DNA of 64,000 nt from assembly GCF_001194135.2 (NCBI RefSeq), contig NC_068987.1:4005993-4069992 (forward strand), in the 5' to 3' direction. Position 1 is the stretch's first letter, and the number at the start of each line of letters is the position of its first letter. Of the stretch, positions 39,298-52,783 are shown in pieces. This stretch comes from Octopus bimaculoides. Its lineage: Eukaryota. A program made the translations under genes and the position numbers. A model generated the notes under the pieces. It was given only the letters and a program-made list of their open reading frames with translations, did not search any database and was not told the DNA's origin.

Positions 39298-42200
39298 ATA
39301 TATATACACTCATACGCAAACACACATATGGTACATGTAACATCCAAACACACACACATACAGATGTATACATTACACTTATGCACACACTCACACACAT
39401 ATATAGTCACATACACACACTCTGAAATGCACATATATATAAGTACACATTTCTACACGTGTGTATGTATTAGTGCGATCATCATCATCATCATTATCAT
39501 TTAATGTCCGTTGCCCTATGCTGGCATGGGTTAGATGGTTTGTCCAGCTTACCAGACCTGGTCAAACCGTCCAACCCATGTCAGCATGGACAACAGATGT
39601 TAAATGATGATGATGATGATGATGATAATACTGATACATACACACACACATACACTCATATACACTTGTAGGTACATGTATGTGTGTGTGTATGTATTCC
39701 ATTCACACACACACACATAGGTACACTGCACACATGCACACACACATATACAGAGGAGCACTACACACATGCGCACGCGTGCACACACACGCACGCACAT
39801 AAGTACACATAAGTACACTGCACACACACGCACGCACATGCACGCACGTACACACATGCACACACACACACAGAGGCACACATAAGTACACTACACGCAC
39901 ACACACACACGTACACACACAGAGGCACACAAGAGGTACACATTACCACCATTAATGCAAACACATAACCTTCACTGTTTTGTGGTTTTGATGTTGCATT
40001 CCCAGTTTTGTACAAATTGTCACAGTTTTGTATAAACTCTTTTTACTTCACAGAACTTATTTGCTGCAATACTCCTCCCAAAGTTTAAACTCTCTTGTTT
40101 CAAACTAGCACGATTGGCTAAGTTGGTGTTTTTGAGTTGGAAGCATTCATTAATTCTGTCCATGTCTTTTAATCACGAATGAATGTAAAAACAGAAAGAT
40201 TACAATTGTATATTTTAAAGAGAATTAAAAAAGAAAAAACTACTTTTTTATCAAATTGTTGTTCCATATTTCTCTGTCTGTCTGTCTGTCTGTATATATA
40301 TATATATATATGTGTGTGTGTATACGTTTGTTGTTAGTGTTTGTCCCCCCACCATGGCTTGACAACCCATGCTGGTGTGTTTACGTCCCCGTAACTTAGC
40401 GGTTCGGCAAAAGGAGACCGATAGAATAAGTACTAGGCTTAATAAAGAATAAGTCCTGGGGTCGATTTATTCGACTAAATGTGGTGCTCCAGCATGGCCG
40501 CAGTCAAATGACTGAAACAGATAAAAGAATGGATTTATTTACGTATTTTGCCTTTTCATTTCTATCACAGTGTTCAATGTACAACAAACCCTGACGTGTT
40601 TCTGTAACGAAACCTATCTCTGGTACAAAGTTCTAGATGAATGATGAACGACATCTAGCTGAATGGACATATGAGATTAATGTGAGTTTAGGACAGAGAT
40701 AGATCGAGAGAAAGAGAAAGAGAGATGATAGCTCACATATTCGTTATCTTTGATCACAAATCCAACTGTAAAGAAATCAGTTGCGTGTGTGTGTGTTTAA
40801 AAACAACAAATTGAACTCTTTGTAGGTTGAAAACATGTTGAACAGCTTTGATTTTCTAGCCATATTGGGGTCTCATCAGAGGTGAATATATCTGACTACC
40901 CCAGAGAAATAAGCAGCTAACGTACACATAATAAAACGTTCAAGAGGAGGGCCTGTTCTTACTGATCTGGGCACATCTATAGAGACATACCATAAAGAAG
41001 TAGCCAAAGTCCCCCACGGAAGTTTCCAATATATGTTTAGCAGCAACACAGGGCTCAGTTATTTTTCACTTAGTTGACTACCTTACAAATAATTTTCGCT
41101 GCAAGCCACCAGAAACGGTTGCTCACTGCTATGAAGCGCTATGCTATCGTCCTTCAACCTCTGAGCATTCAAGTTAGTCGAAAAGAAGAGGATGCATATA
41201 CGGCAGATTGTCAGATCGCCGCGAATAAATTTGCCGATGAGCTTCTTCATCGTCTCCTGCAGTCGATGGTCGGCTTATGCAGTATGAAATGATGCAGATT
41301 CTCTCACTGTCGTCGGCACCTCTGCTATTAGGTGCTGGGAAGGGTTGTATTACGGATACATTTTCTTCAATGGGTTGGTATTTGGGGAGGCTGAATCAGC
41401 AATTGGTGCTTGAATTGAGGGGCGGTCAGTATCATAGCGTGAGTCATTTATTTAACGTGTTAGAATAATTTTTTTTAAACATATAAAATATCTGACACGA
41501 TTTCAAAATTTACCTCGATTCTTAAAAAGAAACCCCAGCAAATTCAGTTAAAAATTGCCGTTTCATTTGTTCGTTGTGTTTCTGAAGAGACGCCATCTTA
41601 TAATCAAGACATTATAAACACTTACACCAAAATAAATAAATTTCCCAACTTCAGCATACAACCATGTCTGATCTTCGAAATTTTAATCACCTAATGGTTT
41701 TTTTTTTTTTCAATATATAACTGGTATTTGATCAAAATCTAGAAAAGGGACGAATTTAAAATGGGAATTATGAAGTTTTCAAACTAGACTTCGTAAATCA
41801 CCTCCCTGGCCCTCGCATCTGTGTCACCTCCCTGCTAACTCCACGCCCTTAATAATATAATATCATGTTATGTATACTATAATGTCATGGAATAAGTATG
41901 GCGGCACTTCCGGTTTATTCTCTGCAGATTTCTTCACCTTTGTTATTAGACTTGAGTTTGATTTATTTTAAATTGATGACGTTCAAAATTAAGTATTCTC
42001 TTATTTTTCGTAATCTAAATAACATTCAGCTTCCTGTCACCTTTTCCTCTTAGACTACTACTACTACTACTACGACTACCACCACTACTACTACTTTGTT
42101 ATTGACGTTATTTATTTTAATTAGATTTTTTCATTTGTACTCTTAAAACGAGGAAACTGACATTTAATGACATTATTTTCATGAATAATATTTTCGTTTT

Positions 42201-42430
42201 TATTTTTCACAAAGTAAAATTTTTTTTATTATATCGTTAAGTGATCAACAATGGATATTAACGTTGTTAAGCTTTTCTGTCTGAATTGCCTATACCCTAC
42301 ACTGGAATACTCGGGCTACGGATGCACAACATTGTTGTAGTCACAATGTTTCAGTCATTGTACTCTCCCGCCATCTGCAGGTGCCTATCGCATTTGATTA
42401 TTGTTTTCGAACTGGCATTGCCTCTGCCTC

Positions 42431-42494
<64 letters not shown>

Positions 42495-42992
42495 CTCTCC
42501 TCACGTAACCGGTGTTCAGCCACCGTCCGTGCAACATCTATATTCCTCCCTATGCCTGTGAAATCTTGTATCCCTGCCGTAAGGCTTTATTTCTACACAC
42601 ACCAGCTTAATTTAATTCGTCCTTAGTCGAAAGACACCTGTTGTTATGTCCTGTTATTTGTATTTGTGTAACATTCTCCGTTTTTTTTTCCGTCCTTGTT
42701 TTGTATACATTTGCTGCTTTCTTCCAAGGAATCTAATGCTCTTAGCTTAGTTTTTCCTTGGGGCTGGCCAGATTGGAGCAATCTCGAGTATAACCGAAAT
42801 TGCAAAGATAATCTGGAACTCGATTGAGGCTTCTCTCTTCCTATTGCGTACCTACATCCAGTTTCACTTTCTTGATCAGTTTTTAATTGCTAATAATAAT
42901 AATAATAGTAATAATAATAATGATAATAGTTGTAATCCGATTCTTTTCTTTTCCAACAGTTGAGTGTATATGAAAAAAAATGTAATAATAAT

Positions 42993-43888
42993 NNNNNNNN
43001 NNNNNNNNNNNNNNNNNNNNNNNNNNNNNNNNNNNNNNNNNNNNNNNNNNNNNNNNNNNNNNNNNNNNNNNNNNNNNNNNNNNNNNNNNNNNNNNNNNNN
43101 NNNNNNNNNNNNNNNNNNNNNNNNNNNNNNNNNNNNNNNNNNNNNNNNNNNNNNNNNNNNNNNNNNNNNNNNNNNNNNNNNNNNNNNNNNNNNNNNNNNN
43201 NNNNNNNNNNNNNNNNNNNNNNNNNNNNNNNNNNNNNNNNNNNNNNNNNNNNNNNNNNNNNNNNNNNNNNNNNNNNNNNNNNNNNNNNNNNNNNNNNNNN
43301 NNNNNNNNNNNNNNNNNNNNNNNNNNNNNNNNNNNNNNNNNNNNNNNNNNNNNNNNNNNNNNNNNNNNNNNNNNNNNNNNNNNNNNNNNNNNNNNNNNNN
43401 NNNNNNNNNNNNNNNNNNNNNNNNNNNNNNNNNNNNNNNNNNNNNNNNNNNNNNNNNNNNNNNNNNNNNNNNNNNNNNNNNNNNNNNNNNNNNNNNNNNN
43501 NNNNNNNNNNNNNNNNNNNNNNNNNNNNNNNNNNNNNNNNNNNNNNNNNNNNNNNNNNNNNNNNNNNNNNNNNNNNNNNNNNNNNNNNNNNNNNNNNNNN
43601 NNNNNNNNNNNNNNNNNNNNNNNNNNNNNNNNNNNNNNNNNNNNNNNNNNNNNNNNNNNNNNNNNNNNNNNNNNNNNNNNNNNNNNNNNNNNNNNNNNNN
43701 NNNNNNNNNNNNNNNNNNNNNNNNNNNNNNNNNNNNNNNNNNNNNNNNNNNNNNNNNNNNNNNNNNNNNNNNNNNNNNNNNNNNNNNNNNNNNNNNNNNN
43801 NNNNNNNNNNNNNNNNNNNNNNNNNNNNNNNNNNNNNNNNNNNNNNNNNNNNNNNNNNNNNNNNNNNNNNNNNNNNNNNNNNNNNNNN
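42993..43888. other. Largest assembly gap (N run)
   Basis: Other gaps: 3345-3354, 5080-5397, 17288-17535, 47863-48443, 49379-49464, 54021-54313, 55203-55212, 57044-57053, 62231-62889. Most abut microsatellites or SINEs. Confidence 0.99.
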
Positions 43889-44367
43889 CAAACTCTATTT
43901 TCGTCTCCCATTAATAAAGAGTTGGGAAGGAGGAAGGTTAGAATATGTTACCAGAATTTCTGCGGGGTTTAGAGTGCCTTGGTATTTGTAATTTTGAAAA
44001 ACGCTGCTGCAACTCTTCTGTGGAAATGTAACACCACAGTTTTTAGATCATTTTCTTTGTTTAACTTATATCATAACCTGTCCTTTGATATTGTTTTAAA
44101 TTTTCGTACAAGGCCAGCAATTTTGAGGGAAGGAATCAAGTCGATTACATCGATCCCCAGTACTTCACTGGTACTTATTTAAACGACCCCGAAAGGATGA
44201 AAGGCAAAGTCAACCCCATTGGAATTCGAACTCAGAACGTAAAGATCCAGAAGAAATACCGTTAAGCATTTTGCCGATGCATTAGCGCTTCTGCCATCTG
44301 GTCGCCTAATCCGGTCTTTAATATCAGTATCAATATTAATATGAATATACTTATGCTATCGAAAGTC

Positions 44368-44570
44368 TTAATTCAAGAGAAAGGTTGCGGTGAATCCTCC
44401 GCTGTTTGTTTTCAATAGTTTTCTCCTTTCGTTGAAACCGCCATTGTCATCCTCTTCGTAATCTGACTCCTGGTTTCCATGATCTTCTTCATCGCTTTGA
44501 TAGGGAAACAGCAAATCGTCTTCACTGTCGTCGATGTATTTTATGTCTTCCAGATCATCCAGTCGGAACA
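44368..44570 (-). CDS. Probable terminal exon of the same unidentified gene (VFRLDDLEDIKYIDDSEDDLLFPYQSDEEDHGNQESDYEEDDNGGFNERRKLLKTNSGGFTATFLLN*)
   Basis: Acceptor ttttaag| downstream of a long pyrimidine tract; acidic ORF ending in TAA; phase 1 start gives ...PPP-V-FRL. Confidence 0.6.
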
Positions 44571-47500
44571 CTTAAAATATGAGGAGGGGGAATAACGGAT
44601 GGTGGTGGTGGTGGGAGATGAAGGATACACGGAAGGTGAAATATAGGGAGGAGGAGGAGGTGGAATGAAAGGGTTAGGGAAGGAGAAAAGCGAGAGAGAG
44701 AGGAGGGAAGAGTGAGAAAGATAAGAAAGTGAAGATATGTAAATGATAGGATAGAAAAGACACGGAGAAGGAAAGGTTAGAGAAGAGAGTAGAAGGAGGA
44801 GGAGGAGTTAATGACAAAGAATAAGGGAGGAGATTGTAAGATGACAGGAAAGAGAACGAGAGAAGAAAGTATGTACGCGTGTATGTGTGTGTGTGTGAAA
44901 GAGAGAGGAAAAGTGAAAAGGGTTGGAAACAAATTGAAAGGATGGGAAGTTAAGGATAGAAGATATTGAGAAAGAACGGAAGGAAAACAGGAAGTAAACG
45001 AAAGAATTGTAGAAAATGGAGGAAGGGAGGGAGGGAGAGGGAGAGAGAAGGAATAAATTGAAAGGAAGTGAGTAGGGGAGATTTAAATTTGATGGAAAGA
45101 AAAAAGGAAGAGGCGGAGAGAGTGAATAGGAATGAGGTGAAGAAAGGAACGATTCATAAAAGGAGAAAGAAAGAAAAAGATATTATGTAGAGTTACAGAT
45201 AAATAAATAAAAAATTAAAACGGTAATGAATAATATTTAAAGCACATTAAAAAAAAAAAAAGATTCTTTAAACAATATAAAGTGCAATGTTGCAACGTTC
45301 ATGGTTTCCGCGGCAATAATAGTAGCTAAGTAAATTAATTAGTATCCGGGAAATTCATCACGATAAATACACTGTGGATAATTACACCGCAGTGAATACA
45401 TCGATTCGTATTTTTATCGCAACCTAATTGCAAGCTAATAACAATACATCGTCAACAAATCCGTCACCATGCCAAATACGCAGTCGGTAAATTCAAAGAC
45501 AAAACTTATTATCAAATATATTCAATCAAAAAAAAAAAGAAATCAATGTTACTTTTAAAATAGTATTACAAAAAATGCAATAAAAAAAGATAACACACTT
45601 TTAAATTGGAAGAAGAAAGAAATGTTCTTTAGATAAATTATTAACGATGTCGTTAAAATAATCCAGCATTTTGTGACTTCGAAATTCATTGATGATGCGT
45701 TGAATTTTGCTGTACTATCTTTATATTTTTTTTCATAGTGTGAATTTTCTGCACGACTGATACGCTGTTTGATTATAATTTCGTTTCCTCGTTGTTCTTT
45801 CTTCAAGATTTCTAAAGATTTCCAGATTACAGGGTGGAATACTTTTATTCTTTGGATTTCTTTCCCATTGTTAATGAAATGCGACATAATTCTTTTTTTT
45901 TTTTACTCTGTTGAAGGAAACAATAACGTTTAGTGATATAATTAGTTGCTAAGAAGCCTGCTTACCAACCACAAGGTTTCGGGTTCAGTCCCACTACACC
46001 GTACATTGGGCAAGTGATTTCTACTATAGCTCCCGGCTGACCAATCTTTTGTGAGCGATCTGGGAGACAACAAATGTATGGAAACCCATTGTGTGTGTGT
46101 GTATGCATGTATATATATATATATAATATATATATATGTGTGTGTGTATATGTATGTATGTACGTAGATATGCATGTCTATTTTTCAGTGCGTGGTGAGG
46201 CACAAGCCAAGCTCTTGTTATAATTATGTTATAATTATGTATATAATTATATATATATATATATATATATATAAGGGTAGCTTTCTAGGTGCAATCCCAT
46301 GATCAGTCATGACCGGTCTCGGCGGCATATATATACACACACATACATACATATGGTAGGCTCGAGGTTATAGTAGAACACACTTGCCCAAGGTGCCACG
46401 CAGTGGGATTGACCCCTGAACCGTGTTGTTGGGAAGCACGCTTCTTACCACACAGCCACGCCTGCGCCTAATTTTTATACCATAGCAATGACGTAAATAA
46501 TGTTTAAAAAAGCATATTGTAATCAACCCAAGAATCGAAATCGGGTTATTGTTCCGTTCTGTGAATCTCAGTTCCCTAATGACTTAGGGTTAGGAGACGG
46601 TGGACGACGGCGACGACAACAATAGCAACAACAACAACATCAACATCAACAACAACAACAACAACAATAGCAACAACAAGATAAAATACAAAGGAGAATT
46701 GAGAAAAATAAACGGAAACAAGAACCACTTTTTGAGGAGTGGAAATATAAAATCGAATGAATCAATCGCGTTGTGTTATCGATTTCTAACCAAGATAAAG
46801 CAGAGGCGTAGTGAGAGATGGGAGAGTGAGGGAGGAGGAGTTCCCCAGGCGTCGTTATTAAAGGGCGCAACATATTCTATGGTCAATCGTACCTGTTAAT
46901 TAAGGTAGGCTTAACAAAAATATCTTTGAAGTGGACACTGGGAAAGTTAGCTATGCATCCGGGGTAGAAGACCAGAAAATTTGGGTGGAAGAAAATAATC
47001 GATTATGCTGATCGTCAGTACATTACCTGTATTTTATTGTATCGATTTCAAGAAGAATGAGCTTCTTTTTGTCTGCTATTACAAATTCATTCCTAGCTAG
47101 GTTGCTTCATAGGAATTTAAAATCGACTCTAGGCTGATAGCGATTGTCGTTACACAGACTGTTACTGAGCAGAACCGCCCCTTCTGGTGTAAGTATTGTT
47201 AAAAATATACATATAAACTTTAGGCTATTTTGTTTTTGTTTACAAGATTTTTGATGCAAACTCGTGTGTTGAAATATATTTGGGGGGTATCTTGGGAGGG
47301 TCATTATGTCAATAATAAACATACGCACTGTTTCTATTTCATTTCTGTTATTGCTGTCATTGTTTTTTTTTTATTTCTCAGTTGGTTAACCATGTTGTTG
47401 ATGAGATCACGAGTGCTGACACAAGGAGTTTGTCAAACCTACGTGGTTGATCGACTGACCAAACAATTAATCAAACAATCGAATACGTAAATGGTTGCAT

Positions 47501-48910
47501 AGTTAACCAATTGAAAAAAATAATAATAAAGAAGTGAAACAGAATCAGTGCATGTGCTTATCAATGGTATGATGACTCTCCCGAGATACATCAGACTTTA
47601 AGCTATTTCTATACATAGAACTACTTTGATATGACTTTAAACATTGTTTGCGAGTGTGTATCATTAAATTTGAAAACAGACCCACCATGTGCCGTAACCA
47701 ATAAAATATTTTACTCACTCCATCTATTTTATTAATACTGTTACCCCAACCGCCACTACGAAGTTCCTGCAATAAATCTACGGATAACAACAGGGAATCG
47801 AAACTGTGCCGGTGCTTTACACATCATCTATTTATACATCTTATATATATATATATATATATNNNNNNNNNNNNNNNNNNNNNNNNNNNNNNNNNNNNNN
47901 NNNNNNNNNNNNNNNNNNNNNNNNNNNNNNNNNNNNNNNNNNNNNNNNNNNNNNNNNNNNNNNNNNNNNNNNNNNNNNNNNNNNNNNNNNNNNNNNNNNN
48001 NNNNNNNNNNNNNNNNNNNNNNNNNNNNNNNNNNNNNNNNNNNNNNNNNNNNNNNNNNNNNNNNNNNNNNNNNNNNNNNNNNNNNNNNNNNNNNNNNNNN
48101 NNNNNNNNNNNNNNNNNNNNNNNNNNNNNNNNNNNNNNNNNNNNNNNNNNNNNNNNNNNNNNNNNNNNNNNNNNNNNNNNNNNNNNNNNNNNNNNNNNNN
48201 NNNNNNNNNNNNNNNNNNNNNNNNNNNNNNNNNNNNNNNNNNNNNNNNNNNNNNNNNNNNNNNNNNNNNNNNNNNNNNNNNNNNNNNNNNNNNNNNNNNN
48301 NNNNNNNNNNNNNNNNNNNNNNNNNNNNNNNNNNNNNNNNNNNNNNNNNNNNNNNNNNNNNNNNNNNNNNNNNNNNNNNNNNNNNNNNNNNNNNNNNNNN
48401 NNNNNNNNNNNNNNNNNNNNNNNNNNNNNNNNNNNNNNNNNNNCCACTCATTATACCCAAGCTTAAAAAAGTTAAACATTGGTGATTAATATACCTATAG
48501 AAAATGTTTCACTGGATAGTTAGTTATCTAAGAAATTCTCAAGTTTATTTTCATAAAGATTAGAAAGCTATAATAAAACCAGACATAATCAATTATTAGC
48601 GACGGAATAATACCTAATATTATTAATATAGGTATTATTAATAATAATACCTAAAGGTAATCTTTATATCCAACTAAACATGGATATGTTGTTAGAACAC
48701 TAAATACTGCGTTATTAGCCTTCAGAGATCTCTTATAGGCGCTTGGCGTATAAAAACGTACACATAAATCGTAACAGACGACAGTCATCTGTCATGGTCG
48801 CCTATCGTCTGCTACGATCTATGGTGTGTGCTTTTTTGCATCAAACGCCAATAAGAGGGTCTCTCAAGGGTAATGACGTAGTATTCAGTGTTCTAGCAAG
48901 ACATTCGTTT

Positions 48911-49340
48911 TTAGCAACAAGCTTCATCAGTAGATGTAGCATCTTCTGATCCATCTCTGTCTTCTGTATTCTCCTCTTGGCAGATAGTACAAGATTTCCA
49001 AAATTCTTGACTTTCGATGCCAGCTCAGATAAAGTTTCATTTTCAAGCTATAACATGTCAGTTTCATTAGTTAATTCTTTAAATTTGGCTTTTCATTCTT
49101 CCTTTTCCTCATGTAAAGAGCGTTATTTTCTCTCTTTGCTTCAGTAAGGTCTTGGCATTGTTGTTCAGCATAATCTTTCCAGTAGGTCCCAGATATATTT
49201 AGTTGACATATTGATTCATTATCCTCCAATGCTATGGTCTTCTTGGTGGAACTTTTGCATAAGCCTTCTCTCATTTTCTTCTGTCTTCCCGTTTTGATAT
49301 CTTGGTGAGTTTAGGTTCAACTTCGCTTCGAGTCTTGCAA
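48911..49340 (-). pseudogene. GMNN: Intronless disrupted geminin-like (geminin coiled-coil family) pseudogene fragment
   Basis: YWKDYAEQQCQDLTEAKRENNA / LHEEKEE*KAKFKELTNETDML*LENETLSELASKVKNFGNLV resembles geminin [28 protein letters not shown]...ENKELAEVA. Frameshift near 49115; in-frame stops at 49093-49095 and 49048-49050. Confidence 0.6.
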
Positions 49341-51275
49341 AACGAGTGTTTACATAATCATATATATATATATATATANNNNNNNNNNNNNNNNNNNNNN
49401 NNNNNNNNNNNNNNNNNNNNNNNNNNNNNNNNNNNNNNNNNNNNNNNNNNNNNNNNNNNNNNNNNTATATATATTTATTTATTTATTTATTCAGTTCTGC
49501 TTTAGATATAAATACAACATCTGACGTTTACGGTTAAGTTGAATCTCTTCAGTAAAATTACTTTTACAAGATTATCTACAAGAATATTTACAAAAAACAT
49601 CTATAAAACTATATTTACAAGAATACCGGTTATACATTTCAAATGACTGATATAACACGAATGCGTGCGCTGGCCAACAGAACACATATACATACGGTAA
49701 TATAAGTAAAATCATATGGTACTTTCATTTTATTTTCAATTTTAAATACACACGCACATCTACACACGCAAATTTCCTTGTGATGGAATCGTTCAGCAAA
49801 TATTTTTAATTTAATTGACTTGAAAGCAAATATAGTCTGGAAAACCAAGCAGCTCATTTACAAAAAAGATCGTTTAAAATAATTTACAAAAAGATCGTTT
49901 AAAATACTGTAGAAATATCAAGAATTGTAATCACACATTTATTCGATATATTTATTTAATATATATATATATATATTTATACTCTTTGGCTTGAAATGAA
50001 ATCGAGAAAAAATATTACACACGGATGCAACACTTTCTTTCCTCTTGTACTTTCAAAGCCGATATAAAGATGAACAATATACAATACAAACCTGGCAATG
50101 TCGATTGACTGAGCTGTTTTTGTCTGCAACCATTGAAAAAAGCTAAATAAAGCTCGTTGGAAGCAAGGTTAATGTGTGGGAAGAGAGAAATGAAAAAAAG
50201 CTGGAAGATGAGAGAAATGGAGATTCAAGCGGAAAAAAAAAACTCTTGTGCAAAATGCATTTTTAGTGAGAAATGAAGCGAATGTTAGAAAAATAAAACG
50301 AATAAGGCAAAGAGGCAGAAAACTGTTGAAAGACAAGATTTGATCTTTGGCAATAAGATTCACTGATTTGTGAACAATAAGATTTATGTGTTGAAGTTAA
50401 TTAGAACCTGTCAGCGGAAATTAATTAAATGATATTTCGTTTTCCAAAATTAAATTATATTTGAGGGAAAAGGTTTGCGACTGACCGAGTCGATAGGTTA
50501 CTAGCCTGGTGACTAAATAGTCGGGATTTCTTGTCCTATCAATGCATGTTTCACTATGACATTGAAAGAAAAAGTATTTAACTGTCTATAATTCTCCCTT
50601 TTACAAGAAATGAATGCTGTCAGAAGGTACACTACACCGTTGCATCAAACGAGATTTTTGTTGGCAATTATGCTACAGAGCGTCCATTGCCCAGTCTATA
50701 AAATTGTATTGCATACGATCAATCACAATGTGTCAGTGTATGCAATAAGATCCGCATCTGTATAATACTGTATATCCACAGATATGGATCAATGGATTAT
50801 ACCTAGACTTTCAGCAGACAACTTAAGTGCCAAAGATCTCCTCAATCATAGATGATCTGACCTACATAACACCACCACCACCACCACCACCACTACCACC
50901 ACCACCATTACCACCAACAACAATGAATGTTTCGTTTGGTTCAAGTACTGCAATGTATCAATCAATATGTTGATATTGATGGATTTAGGCTTGAGTCAAT
51001 GGAAGACCCATTGATGTGTATCTTTCCTTAAATCCCAATATGAATCGAAGTTCAAACATCTCTGTGAATTATGAGATATAATTGCTGAAACTAATTAAAT
51101 TTTAATCTGAAGAAGTTTAAACTATTGAAGTAGATTAGTAATTGGACATAAACAAAACTATATTTATTACTAAATATAACCCTGTCTGTTGGAGATTGGG
51201 TAAAATTCTATATATTTGGAAGTAATTGACTCTGGAAAATATTTTTACAACAATTATTGAAATATTTCTTGTGAT

Positions 51276-51430
51276 AAATTAATGTTATTTTGTGGGGGTG
51301 GAATATTGCTAAGATTTTGTTTTATACAGAACAGCATAAATTATGGAAAATTAATGTTATTTTGTGGGGGTGGAATATTGCTAAGATTTTGTTTCATACA
51401 GAACAGCATAAATTATGGAAAATTAATGTT
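51276..51430. repeat. Direct tandem duplication of a ~72-bp unit
   Basis: AAATTAATGTTATTTTGTGGGGGTGGAATATTGCTAAG...GCATAAATTATGG occurs twice, plus the start of a third copy. Confidence 0.9.
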
Positions 51431-51690
51431 TAGTGAAAAAGCTAAGATTTGATTTTAACAATCTTTCCCCAATCTCTTTCTTGACTTTGTATCCAACAAC
51501 CTAGTCTCGTCGGCAGCTTTGCAGGCAGCTATGATAGAAGAAATTAAGTAATTAGTATAAAGATTTTGCTTTGGCTAGGTACAAAATGACTTATATTTGA
51601 GGGTAAGAGGCAAATGGAATGTTGTCTTTAGCATGGGTTAACAAGCGGCGAAAATGAATTGAAGGAGAAAGAAACGAGGTCGTGGACTGG

Positions 51691-51860
51691 ACTCACCAGG
51701 AGCTTAGCTCTAACTCTACAACACATTCCTGGAGTTTATCTCTAACTCTACATTACTCCCCAGGAGCTTAACTCTATCTCTACAGCAACTCTCCAAGAGC
51801 TTACTTCTAGCTCTACAGCACTCTCCCGGAGCTTGTCTCTAGTTCTACAACACTCACCAT
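51691..51860. repeat. Degenerate ~33-bp minisatellite, about 5 units
   Basis: Recurrent ACTC(A/T)CC(A/C)GGAGCTT...CTCTA(A/G)CTCTACA. Confidence 0.8.
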
Positions 51861-52783
51861 CATAATATCGAGATAGAAATAACTAAATGTCATTTTTAAA
51901 TCTGAATTTCTCTATTTTTAATTCAAGATATCGGAAGGACAGCGGCCGGTTTTACCGCATACTCCTGAAACCACAAAGGACTAGACTATGAGAAGTATTA
52001 GAGAAATCAAGATGGCGCATATCATCACATTATATGAAAACTATATTTCTGTCTACAGCAGAATTTCTCTGAAAACTTTTATAAAAGCACAACGCCTTGA
52101 TCCGCTAGTCCATCGTCCCGACTAATCATTTGAATATATTGAAAGCAAACTAATTATTATATTGATTTATTTGCAGCTAAATGGCATATTAACTTCCCGA
52201 ACACTAAATTCCAGATGAAATATCCCAGCTTTAAAGGTTGTGGATGGTTTAGAAAGCTATATATACATAGGTTTCTAATAAACACTATTCCTTGTTTTTT
52301 TGTTTGTTCTTCTTTTTTGTGCGTGTGCGTAAAGTCTTAATAGCCAAAAAGCCAGCACTATTGATATACTTCCATTAAACATCAAACGGGAAGTCAAAAT
52401 ATATGAAACCGTTTCACTTCATCGTCTGCTGTCTTTGATCGATCTTGAAAATGTTAATGCTTCTAATAGCAGGTTTACTTTTGCTTTTTTTTTGTGTTGA
52501 TTTATGTTTTAATATTTTTTTTTAATAATTTTTAAAACATTATTTTTTTATTTTTGAATTTTTTCTCAGTTACTCTTTTCATCATTACCATCACTAACAT
52601 TATTATTACCAACAAAAATAATATAATAAAATAGTCACCAGTTATGACCACCACCATCAATTCTAACACCATCATATAAACACTAATACCAACAACACCG
52701 CCACCATTAGCACCGCCACCACCACCACCACCACCAGCGCAACCGCCAAGGTCAGCTTCAGTTTTCGCCATAAGTTTACGTAC

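Noticed and set aside
40520-40690. Possible exon (NFVPEIGFVTETRQGLLYIEHCDRNEKAKY on -, or an AG...GT-bounded segment on +)
   Set aside because: No recognisable homology, stops in the + frames, and no phase-compatible partner exon.
42883-43991. Long ORFs of 200-340 aa here and at 4920-5552, 17142-17594, 47806-48489, 53934-54332 and 62104-62982
   Set aside because: They are open only because they run through N gaps.
47110-47790. Several short AG/GT-bounded open segments (LIAIVVTQTVTEQNRPFW on +; DLLQELRSGGWG on -)
   Set aside because: They cannot be joined into a consistent ORF; expected by chance in AT-rich introns.
48606-48640. Hairpin TAATACCTA...TAGGTATTA
   Set aside because: Short and very AT-rich; plausible by chance, with no associated feature.
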